A stretch of DNA of 64,000 nucleotides. It comes from Candidatus Kapaibacterium sp. GTDB taxonomy: Bacteria > Bacteroidota > Ignavibacteria > Kapaibacteriales > UBA2268. The position numbers and the translations under genes are program-made. Shown piece after piece: positions 21,485 to 31,154 of this stretch (the first letter of the stretch is position 1; each line of letters opens with the position of its first letter). The notes under the pieces are model-generated. The model was given only the letters and a program-made list of their open reading frames with translations. It was not told where the DNA came from and made no database searches. The DNA lies in NCBI GenBank assembly GCA_963664875.1, contig OY761611.1:1664001-1728000 (forward strand), in the 5' to 3' direction.

Positions 21485-23116
21485 TTATAGACCAACTGAA
21501 GCGAACTGTCCGCTTACTTTTACAAATTCGATTAAATGATTTACAGAAGTATTCATCATATCCACGATTGGAGCAGGATTGATACCTAAGTAAATAACTA
21601 CAATTGCTAATGGCACTAGACCTGCAAGCTCGATACCGTTGATATCGTCATGTTTGTAAACTTCTCCGGTCGGATCCCAAGGTCCCTGCCATTTTTCAGG
21701 AAGTTTGCCAAACCATACTTTTTGCAAAGCCCACAACATATAACCCGCACCAAGCACTATACCTGTAGCAGCCAATACTGTGTACCAAATATAAGATTGG
21801 AAAGCACCTAAGAATATCATAACTTCGCTAACGAAGCCACTCATGCCCGGCAAACCAATCGCTGCAAACCATGCAATAGTCATTACACCTGTATAAACAG
21901 GCATTTTGTTTGCTAAACCACCGAAATCTTCCAAGCCTCTTGTGTGAGCGCGATCATAGATAACACCCACAATCATGAAGAGCATTGCAGTGATAGTACC
22001 GTGGTTGAACATTTGGAAAATTGCACCTGCCATACCTTCTGTATTCATAGCTGCCATACCAAGCATGACATAACCCATGTGAGAAACAGAAGAGTAAGCA
22101 ATCATTTTCTTCAAGTCTTTCTGACCAAACTGATGCTGTCCCAATGCCGCTAAAGCACCATACAAGATAGAAAACATACCCAAAAAGGCAATGTAATCCT
22201 GGAAGTATTTTACTGCTTCAGGGAAGATTGGCCATGAAATACGCAACATGCCATAAGTACCCATTTTCAAAAGTACGCCGGCAAGTATCACAGAGATAGC
22301 TGTTGGAGCTTCTACGTGTGCATCAGGCAACCATGTATGGAATGGAACAACCGGAACTTTGATTGCAAAACCTACAAAAAGAGCAGCAAATGCAATAAGT
22401 CGCCAAGTCGGATCCAACATCAACGCACCTTCTTTGAAGGTATTAGGGTTCATCATGTCAATCAAGTTGAAAGAGCCTGCAGCAAAGTACAAAGCAACCA
22501 TCACAAGCAACATGAAAACAGAACCAAATAAAGTATAAAGGAAGAACTTGATAGCAGCATATTCTTTTCTCGGACCGCCCCAAATACCAATAAGGAAGTA
22601 CATAGGAAGTAGCATAATTTCCCAGAAAAGATAGAATAAGAAAAAGTCTAGTGCGATAAACACACCCATCATACCCATAACTAAAAGCAAATACATTGCA
22701 AAGTAGCCTTTAGCAGCTTTCTTGATAGACCAAGAAGCAAAAGTAGCTACAAAAGAAATGAGCGCTGTCAACAAAATCATAGGTGCTGACAAACCATCAA
22801 TACCAATAAAGTATTGAATATTCAAATCACCTAATAATGGAAGACCGGACAAGTGAATCCAATCAACCTTCTCGATGAATTGGAAAGTTTCCGCTTGATT
22901 TACACCGGAAAGTGCAAAGTCGAAGTTACTGTAAATCACCAATGCTAATATTAATTGCAAAAAGGTGGTACCGGCTGTAACCCAACGGAATAGATTCAAT
23001 GACGCTGCTTTGCTCGCTTCATCTTTACCGGATGGAATGAGCAATACTACGATCATACCTAACAAAGGCAAGAATGTAATCGCAGTAAGCAACCCAACTC
23101 CAAAAATCTCAGTCAT
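21485..23116 (-). CDS. nuoM: NADH-quinone oxidoreductase subunit M
   Basis: GIDGLS, PFHTWLPDAHVEAPT, AYSSVSHMG, GLPGMSGFVSE. Confidence 0.96.
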   Translation of the reverse strand: MTEIFGVGLLTAITFLPLLGMIVVLLIPSGKDEASKAASLNLFRWVTAGTTFLQLILALVIYSNFDFALSGVNQAETFQFIEKVDWIHLSGLPLLGDLNIQYFIGIDGLSAPMILLTALISFVATFASWSIKKAAKGYFAMYLLLVMGMMGVFIALDFFLFYLFWEIMLLPMYFLIGIWGGPRKEYAAIKFFLYTLFGSVFMLLVMVALYFAAGSFNLIDMMNPNTFKEGALMLDPTWRLIAFAALFVGFAIKVPVVPFHTWLPDAHVEAPTAISVILAGVLLKMGTYGMLRISWPIFPEAVKYFQDYIAFLGMFSILYGALAALGQHQFGQKDLKKMIAYSSVSHMGYVMLGMAAMNTEGMAGAIFQMFNHGTITAMLFMIVGVIYDRAHTRGLEDFGGLANKMPVYTGVMTIAWFAAIGLPGMSGFVSEVMIFLGAFQSYIWYTVLAATGIVLGAGYMLWALQKVWFGKLPEKWQGPWDPTGEVYKHDDINGIELAGLVPLAIVVIYLGINPAPIVDMMNTSVNHLIEFVKVSGQFASVGL

Positions 23117-23164
23117 TAATCCTCCGGATCACTAATTATTTTACTTGCTAATTATCAAATATTA

Positions 23165-25372
23165 TTAAAATGCCATAAATAGTATTATCATAAAGATAAT
23201 AATCGTAAGTGCCAAATATGCCTGCACTTTGCCTGTTTGTACTTTTCTGAGTAATGCTCCGAAGAATCCGGTTGCATCTGCAGTAAAGTTTACAATACCG
23301 TCCACAACGTATTTATCAAACACACCGATAGCAAGTGCTGCTTTTTTGAAAATCCAGCCCATTGCGTTTACAGCTCCATCAACTACTTTCAAGTCGAACC
23401 ATGAGATTACACGTCCGAGATTGATAGTGCCATTGATGAATGATGCCTGATAAATTTCGTCGATAAACCATTTGTTAAATGATAGATTGTATGCAGGCTT
23501 AATGAGATTGGCAAGGTTATCAGCATTAAACACTTTAAACTGATAGAATGCAAAACCAAATAAAATACCACCACCTGCGATTAGCAATGAGGCAATCATT
23601 GCCGGTATATGTGCATGGTGCATCTGCTCTTCGAACTTAGTAGCTGCCTGATGTTCGCCGTGGGCGTCTTCAGTGTGAGCTGCGTGTGCCTCTTCACCGT
23701 GTGAGTGACTGTGAGCTTCCTCAGCATCGGTATGAGAGTGAGCTTTTTCACCATGAGCTTCAGCCATCTGAACTTCACCGTGGTGAGCATCTAATGGCAT
23801 CATAAAGTCAAACTGAAATTCTGCAGGAACAACTGTCATCGGAGTTTTCACTCTATCATGGAACCAGCCTGAGCCTGCATTGAAAGGATTCCATGAGTAG
23901 AAAAATGATATTGAAAGCACTGCAAGAAGTACAAGCGGGCCAACAATCTGCCAGCTGTTTTCTTTTGTGTGTGCTGAAATATCTGTTTTAGCATTACCAT
24001 GGAAAGCGCTAATCGTTAATCTAAACATATAGAAAGCAGTCATAGCTGCCGCACCAAAACCGGACAAAGGCAAGAGCCAGTGACCACTAAGTTCAGCAAA
24101 AGCTAATGTACCTGCTAAAATACCATCTTTAGAAAGGAAGCCAGAAGTAAAAGGCACACCTGAGATTGCTAAAGTGGCAATTAAAAACGTAACATAAGTA
24201 ATGGGCATTGTTTTTCTTAAACCACCCATATTTCTTATATCTTGTGGATCCATATCATGGTTATGTGCATGGTGCATAGATTCGTGCATCGCATGGATGA
24301 CAGAACCGGAACCAAGGAACAAACATGCTTTAAACCAAGCGTGAGTTACCAAGTGCATAAAACCTGTTGTGAATGCACCAACACCAATTGCAAGCACCAT
24401 ATACCCAAGCTGTGACACTGTAGAGTATGCAAGCACTTTTTTGAAGTCGTTTTGTGTGATGGCAATTGTTGCAGCAAGGAAGGCTGTAATACCACCAACA
24501 TAAGCTACAAACAACATTGCATCTGCAGTAAGCATTGGGAAAATTCTCGCTGTAAGATACACACCGGCAGCAACCATAGTCGCAGCGTGGATCAAAGCAC
24601 TTACAGGAGTAGGACCTTCCATCGCGTCAGGCAACCAGACGTGCAACGGAAACTGTGCAGATTTACCAATCGCACCGGCAAAAATAAGAATGCCGGCAGC
24701 TGTCAGCCAAGCACCGCTATCATAAGGGATATTTCCTGCGGCGATTTGTGCATATACTTCATCGAAAATAAGAGTGCCGTAATTAGCAAACAAAATCAGG
24801 ATACCAATTAGAAAACCAAAGTCACCAATTCTGTTTGTAATAAATGCCTTTTTATTAGCATTTGCAGCAGAGTCTTTTTCGTACCAAAAGCCGATAAGCA
24901 AGTAAGAACTGACGCCTACCAACTCCCAGAAGATATACATATTTAAAAAGTTATTGGCTAGCACTATCCCGAGCATCGAGAATGTAAACAAGCCAAGATA
25001 CGCAAAAAATCTCGGGAAGCGTTTGTCGCCATGCATGTAAACAGTAGAGAACACATGGACAAGAAAACTTATCAGGTTCACTACGACAAGCATTATGGCA
25101 GCCAAATTATCTAAACCGAGACCGAGTTTGATGGTCTTGTTGCCAATGGAAAACCATTCAATCACTTCTTGGATCATACCCGCATCAGCATAAGTAGTCA
25201 GTTTGGTAAACGCAACTACCAATGTGAGAAGCAGAGTAAGTCCTTGAAATATAGAACCAACCACACCGCCTGCTTTAGTCAATCTTTTTTGGTTAAATAT
25301 AATAACCGTAAAGCTGAGCAAAGGCATCAGTATGATTACCATTGAAAGTAGTAATAAGGTTTCCGGTTTCAT
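23165..25372 (-). CDS. nuoL: NADH-quinone oxidoreductase subunit L (His-rich loop, elongated lateral helix)
   Basis: GKSAQFPLHVWLPDAMEGPTPVSALIHAATMV; GFLSKD; C-terminal QTG. Confidence 0.96.
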   Translation of the reverse strand: MKPETLLLLSMVIILMPLLSFTVIIFNQKRLTKAGGVVGSIFQGLTLLLTLVVAFTKLTTYADAGMIQEVIEWFSIGNKTIKLGLGLDNLAAIMLVVVNLISFLVHVFSTVYMHGDKRFPRFFAYLGLFTFSMLGIVLANNFLNMYIFWELVGVSSYLLIGFWYEKDSAANANKKAFITNRIGDFGFLIGILILFANYGTLIFDEVYAQIAAGNIPYDSGAWLTAAGILIFAGAIGKSAQFPLHVWLPDAMEGPTPVSALIHAATMVAAGVYLTARIFPMLTADAMLFVAYVGGITAFLAATIAITQNDFKKVLAYSTVSQLGYMVLAIGVGAFTTGFMHLVTHAWFKACLFLGSGSVIHAMHESMHHAHNHDMDPQDIRNMGGLRKTMPITYVTFLIATLAISGVPFTSGFLSKDGILAGTLAFAELSGHWLLPLSGFGAAAMTAFYMFRLTISAFHGNAKTDISAHTKENSWQIVGPLVLLAVLSISFFYSWNPFNAGSGWFHDRVKTPMTVVPAEFQFDFMMPLDAHHGEVQMAEAHGEKAHSHTDAEEAHSHSHGEEAHAAHTEDAHGEHQAATKFEEQMHHAHIPAMIASLLIAGGGILFGFAFYQFKVFNADNLANLIKPAYNLSFNKWFIDEIYQASFINGTINLGRVISWFDLKVVDGAVNAMGWIFKKAALAIGVFDKYVVDGIVNFTADATGFFGALLRKVQTGKVQAYLALTIIIFMIILFMAF

Positions 25373-25432
25373 AATTCAAACTTTATACTATTGTTATATA
25401 CTTTTTCGAAATACTTTCTCAAAAACCAAAAA

Positions 25433-25741
25433 CTATTCTTTGAGTTTGTTGATTTCATCTACATTAACATGCTTATAGTTTTGATATATATTCAAAACTA
25501 TCGCAAGAGCAACTGCAACTTCTGCCGCTGCAAGAATAATAACAAATATTGCAGCAATGTGCCCTTCAATATTCAAGCCGCCGTATCTGGCAAAAGCAAT
25601 GAAATTGAGATTGGCAGAGTTGAGTATCAGCTCAAGGCCCATAAGCACCATGATTGCATTTTTTCTGGTAATAATACCAAATATGCCCAGGGCAAAAAGC
25701 AATCCGCTAACAACCAAAAAATGTTCTAAACCTATGCCCAT
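25433..25741 (-). CDS. nuoK: NADH-quinone oxidoreductase subunit K
   Basis: ELILNSANLN, AAAEVAVALAI. Confidence 0.96.
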   Translation of the reverse strand: MGIGLEHFLVVSGLLFALGIFGIITRKNAIMVLMGLELILNSANLNFIAFARYGGLNIEGHIAAIFVIILAAAEVAVALAIVLNIYQNYKHVNVDEINKLKE

Positions 25742-25756
25742 TTCAAATTCCTTTTA

Positions 25757-26263
25757 TTAATTAGATTCACGACGGGCAATAAGTGCCGCACCTATAAACG
25801 CAACAAGTAGCAATACTGCTGCAACTTCGAAAGCCAACAGATACTCTGTCAGCAAACTATTACCTATTTGAGTAATAGTGCTATCGGTAATCGGTGCATC
25901 TTTCAATAGCCAGTCCACATTCATATACATTACTGTAAAGAATACAGCAATAAATGCAGACAAAATGCCACCGACCGCAAAACTCAGTTTCCCGACGCTA
26001 CCTTCTTTGATATCGACTCCGGTGATTTTCTGCGTTAGCATCACACCAAAGATGATAAGAACAAGGATACCGCCTACGTAAACCATCAACTGAGTAACGG
26101 CTATGAAATCCGCATTGAGCAAGACGTACATACCGGCAACGCCAAAAAATGTAAACAGCAATGAAAACGCCGAATACATCATCTTGCGCGAAACCACTAC
26201 GCCAAGAGCGGAAATCAAAATGATAGCAGCAAATGAATAAAAAGCCAGTTCAAATAATCCCAT
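25757..26263 (-). CDS. nuoJ: NADH-quinone oxidoreductase subunit J
   Basis: QLMVYVGGILVL, FEVAAVLLL. Confidence 0.95.
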   Translation of the reverse strand: MGLFELAFYSFAAIILISALGVVVSRKMMYSAFSLLFTFFGVAGMYVLLNADFIAVTQLMVYVGGILVLIIFGVMLTQKITGVDIKEGSVGKLSFAVGGILSAFIAVFFTVMYMNVDWLLKDAPITDSTITQIGNSLLTEYLLAFEVAAVLLLVAFIGAALIARRESN

Positions 26264-26278
26264 GACACAGTCTGTTTA

Positions 26279-26887
26279 TTAGTTAGAATTTTCTTTACTA
26301 TCTGTATCTTCTTTTGCATTAGCCGCTTCTTCAGCTTTCGCTTTTGCTTCGGCTTCTGCTTTTGCCTTTGCTGCCTCAGCTTTTTCTTTGGCAAGCAACG
26401 CTTTTTTCTCTTCCACTTCCTCAGCAGAGAGCGGAGAGAAATGATAAATCAAATCTTCCCTATGGAAGGTTGAATATTCAAATTCAGTAGTCATTTGTAT
26501 TGCTTCGGTTGGGCATGCATCTGTACATAAAGAGCAGAAACAGCACAACGCAAAGTCAATATCGTATTTAGTAACCCAAGTTTTGCGAGGTTTGCCTGTG
26601 CTTTTGATATTAGGCACATCTTTCTCACTTTTGGCTACTTTTACGATTTCAATATCAATACAACCAACAGGACAAGCTCTTGAGCAAGCGTTACAACCAT
26701 CGCACTCTTCCATATCCACATCGATACGGTTTCGAGAGTTGGCCGGCATGTGCCCTGAGTGTATCGGATGCCATTTTTCAGGATACTGAAGAGTCACTTT
26801 TTTCTTGAAAAGGTGCTCTAAAGTAATTTTCATACCAACCATTGTGGTAGAAAGTCCTGAAAAGATTTTTTCGAAATATCCTGCCAT
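26279..26887 (-). CDS. nuoI: NADH-quinone oxidoreductase subunit I
   Basis: TLQYPE; two CxxCxxCxxxCP motifs. Confidence 0.95.
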   Translation of the reverse strand: MAGYFEKIFSGLSTTMVGMKITLEHLFKKKVTLQYPEKWHPIHSGHMPANSRNRIDVDMEECDGCNACSRACPVGCIDIEIVKVAKSEKDVPNIKSTGKPRKTWVTKYDIDFALCCFCSLCTDACPTEAIQMTTEFEYSTFHREDLIYHFSPLSAEEVEEKKALLAKEKAEAAKAKAEAEAKAKAEEAANAKEDTDSKENSN

Positions 26888-26929
26888 TATTTACTCCAAT
26901 CATTACTAATTTTGAAAGATATTAATATC

Positions 26930-27982
26930 TTATCTTACCATTGCCCAAAGTGCTATTGCAAAGAATCCGATAAAAGCAATCGGAACCATTGTCTTCCAGC
27001 CTATATCCATAAGCTGATCCACTCTGAATCTTGGTAATGTCCAGCGTAGCCAGATCTGTACAAAAACAAAGAACATTGCTTTTGACACCATCCATACAGG
27101 ATGCATCCAAGTCTGATTCAAGAAATCTCCAAAAGGAGACTGCCATCCGCCGAAGAATAATATTGCTGTCAAAGCAGAAACAATAAACATATTGGAGTAT
27201 TCGGCAAAGAAGAACATTGCGAACTTCATACCACTGTATTCTGTGTGATAACCCGCAACGATTTCTGATTCGCCTTCCGGAATATCAAAAGGTGTACGGT
27301 TTGTTTCTGCAAGTGCAGCCACAAAATACAATATAAACATTACAATCATCACCGGTGTAATAAGGGCTTTACCTAAGATACTGCCTTCACCACCAAAGAT
27401 AAACCAGTTATGGATGCCGCCACCTTGCTGAGCTATTATTTCCTGCATATTCAAAGAACCAGCTAATGATGCTATTGCAAGCAACACTATAGCAGCAGGA
27501 ATTTCGTAACTCACCATTTGCGAAGCGGCACGCATTGCACCTAATATCGAATATTTGTTATTTGAAGCCCAGCCACCCATCACTATACCAATGATAGCAA
27601 GAGCACCAACGGCAAAGATGAAGAATAGACCTAAGTCAATGCCGGCAGGCACAAATACGCTACTAAAAGGAAGCACCGCATAAGCTGCATAAGCCGCAAC
27701 AAACATGATAAAAGGAGCAAGATTAAATAATGGTTTGTTTACTGCATCCGGTGTGATATCTTCTTTTTGCAAAAGTTTTAAAACTTCTGCTATAGGCTGC
27801 AAAACGCCCCACCAACCCGTTCTCATCGGGCCTAAACGGTCTTGCACCCATGATGCAACTTTTAGCTCAAGTAGGATTGCAATTAGTGCATAGCCTAATA
27901 CAAACAGCAAAGGTAAGATACTTACAATTGCTATACCATACCATTCTTGACCTAACAATTCATAAACAAAATTTTGTTCCAT
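26930..27982 (-). CDS. nuoH: NADH-quinone oxidoreductase subunit H
   Basis: QDRLGP, SNNKYS, ETNRTPFDIPEGESE, TLPRFRVDQL. Confidence 0.96.
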   Translation of the reverse strand: MEQNFVYELLGQEWYGIAIVSILPLLFVLGYALIAILLELKVASWVQDRLGPMRTGWWGVLQPIAEVLKLLQKEDITPDAVNKPLFNLAPFIMFVAAYAAYAVLPFSSVFVPAGIDLGLFFIFAVGALAIIGIVMGGWASNNKYSILGAMRAASQMVSYEIPAAIVLLAIASLAGSLNMQEIIAQQGGGIHNWFIFGGEGSILGKALITPVMIVMFILYFVAALAETNRTPFDIPEGESEIVAGYHTEYSGMKFAMFFFAEYSNMFIVSALTAILFFGGWQSPFGDFLNQTWMHPVWMVSKAMFFVFVQIWLRWTLPRFRVDQLMDIGWKTMVPIAFIGFFAIALWAMVR

Positions 27983-28009
27983 CACAAATCAGTGTATATG
28001 TTAAATAAA

Positions 28010-29164
28010 TTATCTATCGACTTCACCTAATACGATATCGATACTACCCAAAATCAAAATCAAATCGGCAATCAAATAGCCTTTTGAAATTTCAGGAAGT
28101 AAAGCAAGATTTACAAAGCTTGTGCCGCGTGCTTTTACCCTTGTAGGGTTAGCAGTGCCGTCACTAATTATGTAAAAACCTAATTCACCTTTTGGATTTT
28201 CGGCTTTGCAATATATTTCGCCTTTAGGAGGTTTAATCCTTTTCGGTACTAAAGCTCTTACATCTTCGCTAGCGTCAGGCAACATTGCCACAGCTTGCTC
28301 GATGATTTTGCAGCTTTCTTCCATCTCGCGAAATCTCACGATATTTCTGTCAAAGCTGTCACCCACAGTACCTACTTCGCCTCTACCCACGGGTATATCA
28401 AAATCGAATCTGTCATAAAGTGAATATGGTTCACTTCTTCTCAAATCGAAAGGAACACCTGAACCGCGAAGCACAGGACCACTTGCTGCAAAGTTGATAG
28501 CAACATCCGCAGGAAGAATCCCCACATTAGCAGTTCTATCGATAAAGATTCTGTTGCCTAAAAGCAACCTTTCAACTTCGTCGTTAGTTTCTCTTACCGT
28601 TTTCACAATTCTTAGACAGTCTTCTTTGAATGTTGGAGGCACATCGCGTTGCAATCCACCAATCCACATATAGTTATAAAGCAAACGTCCGCCGGAGGCT
28701 GCTTCGAAGACATCTAAAATCATTTCGCGATCACGGAATAAGAAAAGGAAAGGAGTAAACGCACCGGCATCGAGACCAAATGTTGCGATTGCAATTTGGT
28801 GATTACCGATACGGTTGAGTTCAGCCATAATGATACGGATAAGTTCGATACGCTCACTAACTTCAATATCGAGCATTTTTTCCATACCCATTACATAAGG
28901 CCATTCGTTATTCATACTGGAAATGTAATCCATTCTATCGATAAAAGGAATCACCTGCGGATAGGTCATAGCTTCGCTTGCCTTTTCCATGCAGCGGTGC
29001 AGGTAACCAATGTGAGGGATCACATCTGTTACAAGCTCGCCTTCCAGCTCTACTTCAAGACGCAACACACCGTGCGTAGATGGGTGCTGCGGACCAACAT
29101 TCAGGCGCATTCTTTCTGTGTCAACGCGCCCAAAATCGTATTCTATAGTCTTTCTTTCAGCCAC
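28010..29164 (-). CDS. nuoD: NADH-quinone oxidoreductase subunit D
   Basis: GPQHPSTHGVLRL, GYLHR, GEVDR. Confidence 0.97.
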   Translation of the reverse strand: MAERKTIEYDFGRVDTERMRLNVGPQHPSTHGVLRLEVELEGELVTDVIPHIGYLHRCMEKASEAMTYPQVIPFIDRMDYISSMNNEWPYVMGMEKMLDIEVSERIELIRIIMAELNRIGNHQIAIATFGLDAGAFTPFLFLFRDREMILDVFEAASGGRLLYNYMWIGGLQRDVPPTFKEDCLRIVKTVRETNDEVERLLLGNRIFIDRTANVGILPADVAINFAASGPVLRGSGVPFDLRRSEPYSLYDRFDFDIPVGRGEVGTVGDSFDRNIVRFREMEESCKIIEQAVAMLPDASEDVRALVPKRIKPPKGEIYCKAENPKGELGFYIISDGTANPTRVKARGTSFVNLALLPEISKGYLIADLILILGSIDIVLGEVDR

Positions 29165-29208
29165 AATCTCTACCTGAATTTAACTATTTAAAATTATCTT
29201 TCTTTGTT

Positions 29209-29697
29209 TTAGTATGGAACCTTAATTCCATTGTATTCATCAGGTTCTTTATAGTCCTTTCTAAGAGGATAACCTTCCCAATCGTAAGGAGTCAAGATAC
29301 GGATAAGATTCGGGTGATCTTCAAAGATAACACCGTACATATCATAAGCCTCACGCTCGTGCCAGTTAGCAGCTTTCCATACGTTTTCTACCGTAGGCAC
29401 TTTTGGATTTTCTCTATTAAGAACTACTTTAAGCACAAATCTATGCTTAAGAGCAACTGAATACAGATGATATACCACGCCCAAATCATCAGACTGTTTG
29501 GATTTGTAGTCAACTCCGCTAAGGCAGGCCAAATAATCAAAATCCAAATCTTCTTCGTCTCTCAGAAACAGGCAAATATCACGCAGCTTAGCAGGTTCGA
29601 CAGTAACAAAATCTTCTACATTATCTTCTTGAGTAAAAGAAATGATAGCTTCGCCGAACTCTTTTTGCAATTTTTCGTATATATCTTTTGCTTGCAT
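29209..29697 (-). CDS. nuoC: NADH-quinone oxidoreductase subunit C
   Basis: ANWHEREAYDMYG, GYPLRKDY. Confidence 0.96.
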   Translation of the reverse strand: MQAKDIYEKLQKEFGEAIISFTQEDNVEDFVTVEPAKLRDICLFLRDEEDLDFDYLACLSGVDYKSKQSDDLGVVYHLYSVALKHRFVLKVVLNRENPKVPTVENVWKAANWHEREAYDMYGVIFEDHPNLIRILTPYDWEGYPLRKDYKEPDEYNGIKVPY

Positions 29698-29718
29698 GTT
29701 TTATTATTTTGTTTAGTA

Positions 29719-30318
29719 TTACTTATCTTCTTGATTATGGTAGTCATCAAATTGCTGTCTGAAACGTTCAATCTGAATCATTCTATCTTCGATAGCCGCA
29801 TTGTCTTCAGCAGACATTTTTTTGCGTTTATTAAAGATAGCCTGATTTTTAATCATTTCCTGCAATTTGACCATCCCTTCCAAAAAGGCTTCGGGTCTCG
29901 GAGGGCAACCCGGAACGTAAACGTCCACAGGCAAAATGCGATCAACACCCTTCAAAACATGATAGCCATGCTTCCAGTAAGGGCCACCTGCATTAGCACA
30001 AGAGCCCATAGAAAGGACATATTTTGGTTCGGGCATTTGATCATAAAGCCTTTTGACTCTTTCAGCCATTTTCAAAGTAACAGTACCGGAGACAATCATG
30101 AAATCAGCCTGACGAGGACTGGCTCGGGGAATACATCCAAATCGCATAAAATCAAAGTGAGAGGCGTTAGCCGCCATAAATTCGATTGCGCAGCAAGCAA
30201 GCCCAAAGTGCAAATACCAATCTGACTTACTTCTGCCCCAGTTTAGAAGTTCTTCCGCAACTCCAAGGACAATACCACCGCTTTCGAATGGTTTATCCAG
30301 CCTGTCTAAAAGTCCCAC
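29719..30318 (-). CDS. nuoB: NADH-quinone oxidoreductase subunit B
   Basis: [24 protein letters not shown]. Confidence 0.97.
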   Translation of the reverse strand: MGLLDRLDKPFESGGIVLGVAEELLNWGRSKSDWYLHFGLACCAIEFMAANASHFDFMRFGCIPRASPRQADFMIVSGTVTLKMAERVKRLYDQMPEPKYVLSMGSCANAGGPYWKHGYHVLKGVDRILPVDVYVPGCPPRPEAFLEGMVKLQEMIKNQAIFNKRKKMSAEDNAAIEDRMIQIERFRQQFDDYHNQEDK

Positions 30319-30343
30319 GTCAACTCCCAGGATAAAACAATAA

Positions 30344-30757
30344 TTACTTTTTCTTTTTTGGTATCACCAAATCGTCTAATTTTGGTATATAAGGTTGTGG
30401 TCTGTCCCACTCCAAATAGCCTTTTGCCCAGTCATAAACAAGGCCCAGCACAAGGATAAGTACAAAGATAGCCATTGCACCAAAGGCATACCAGCCTAAC
30501 CCTTTGAACACAGTCGCCCACGGAAAGAGCAACACCAACTCCACGTCAAAAATTAAGAATGCAAGTGCCACTAGGTAAAATCGTGTATTAAATTTGACCC
30601 AAGGGCTGCCAATAGGCACTTCACCTGATTCATAAGTGGTTGTTTTGACGGGATGCGGTTTGTTTGGTCTTACAAGAGCAGCAGCAAATAAGCCGATACC
30701 CACAAAGACGAAACCGATAATCATGAATAGTAAGATTATACCGAAATCAGTCAGCAT
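30344..30757 (-). CDS. nuoA: NADH-quinone oxidoreductase subunit A
   Basis: YESGEVP, FLIFDVE, KGYLEW. Confidence 0.96.
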   Translation of the reverse strand: MLTDFGIILLFMIIGFVFVGIGLFAAALVRPNKPHPVKTTTYESGEVPIGSPWVKFNTRFYLVALAFLIFDVELVLLFPWATVFKGLGWYAFGAMAIFVLILVLGLVYDWAKGYLEWDRPQPYIPKLDDLVIPKKKK

Positions 30758-31092
30758 AAGCGCGTCCCAATCTATTATTTGTAAAAACTTTACATGCTAA
30801 TCTAACATTGCAAAGCAGTTTATTCGTTTCTAAGTGTGCGTTTCCAAACACTAATTTAAACAATCGAATGCAAAAAAACGACCTTTTTTTTAAAATAATA
30901 TGAGCAATCAATCGTTAGTCAAGCCTAACTTTTTTCCTAAATATATATTTTATAGTCACTTACAAAATATATCCACACAGCAATTTATTTCACTAATTCA
31001 GATTGTTTCTGTATCCAACGTGTTGTTTACAAAATTGCTTCGTCTTAATATATAAAATTATTACATTTAATATCTGAATTATTTTAATACAC

Positions 31093-31128
31093 AAAAATAA
31101 AAGGTCATCAGATTGCTCCGACGACCTT
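31093..31128 (-). terminator. Terminator after the antiporter gene
   Basis: Minus strand aaggtcgtcgga-GCAA-tctgatgacctt followed by a T-rich tail. Confidence 0.85.
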
Positions 31129-31154
31129 AACCATATTTCATAGTATTTTATTGC

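Noticed and set aside
29467-30225. 252-aa plus-strand ORF and the many other short antisense ORFs in the track
   Set aside because: They are shadows of well-supported genes (here nuoB/nuoC) and show no motifs.
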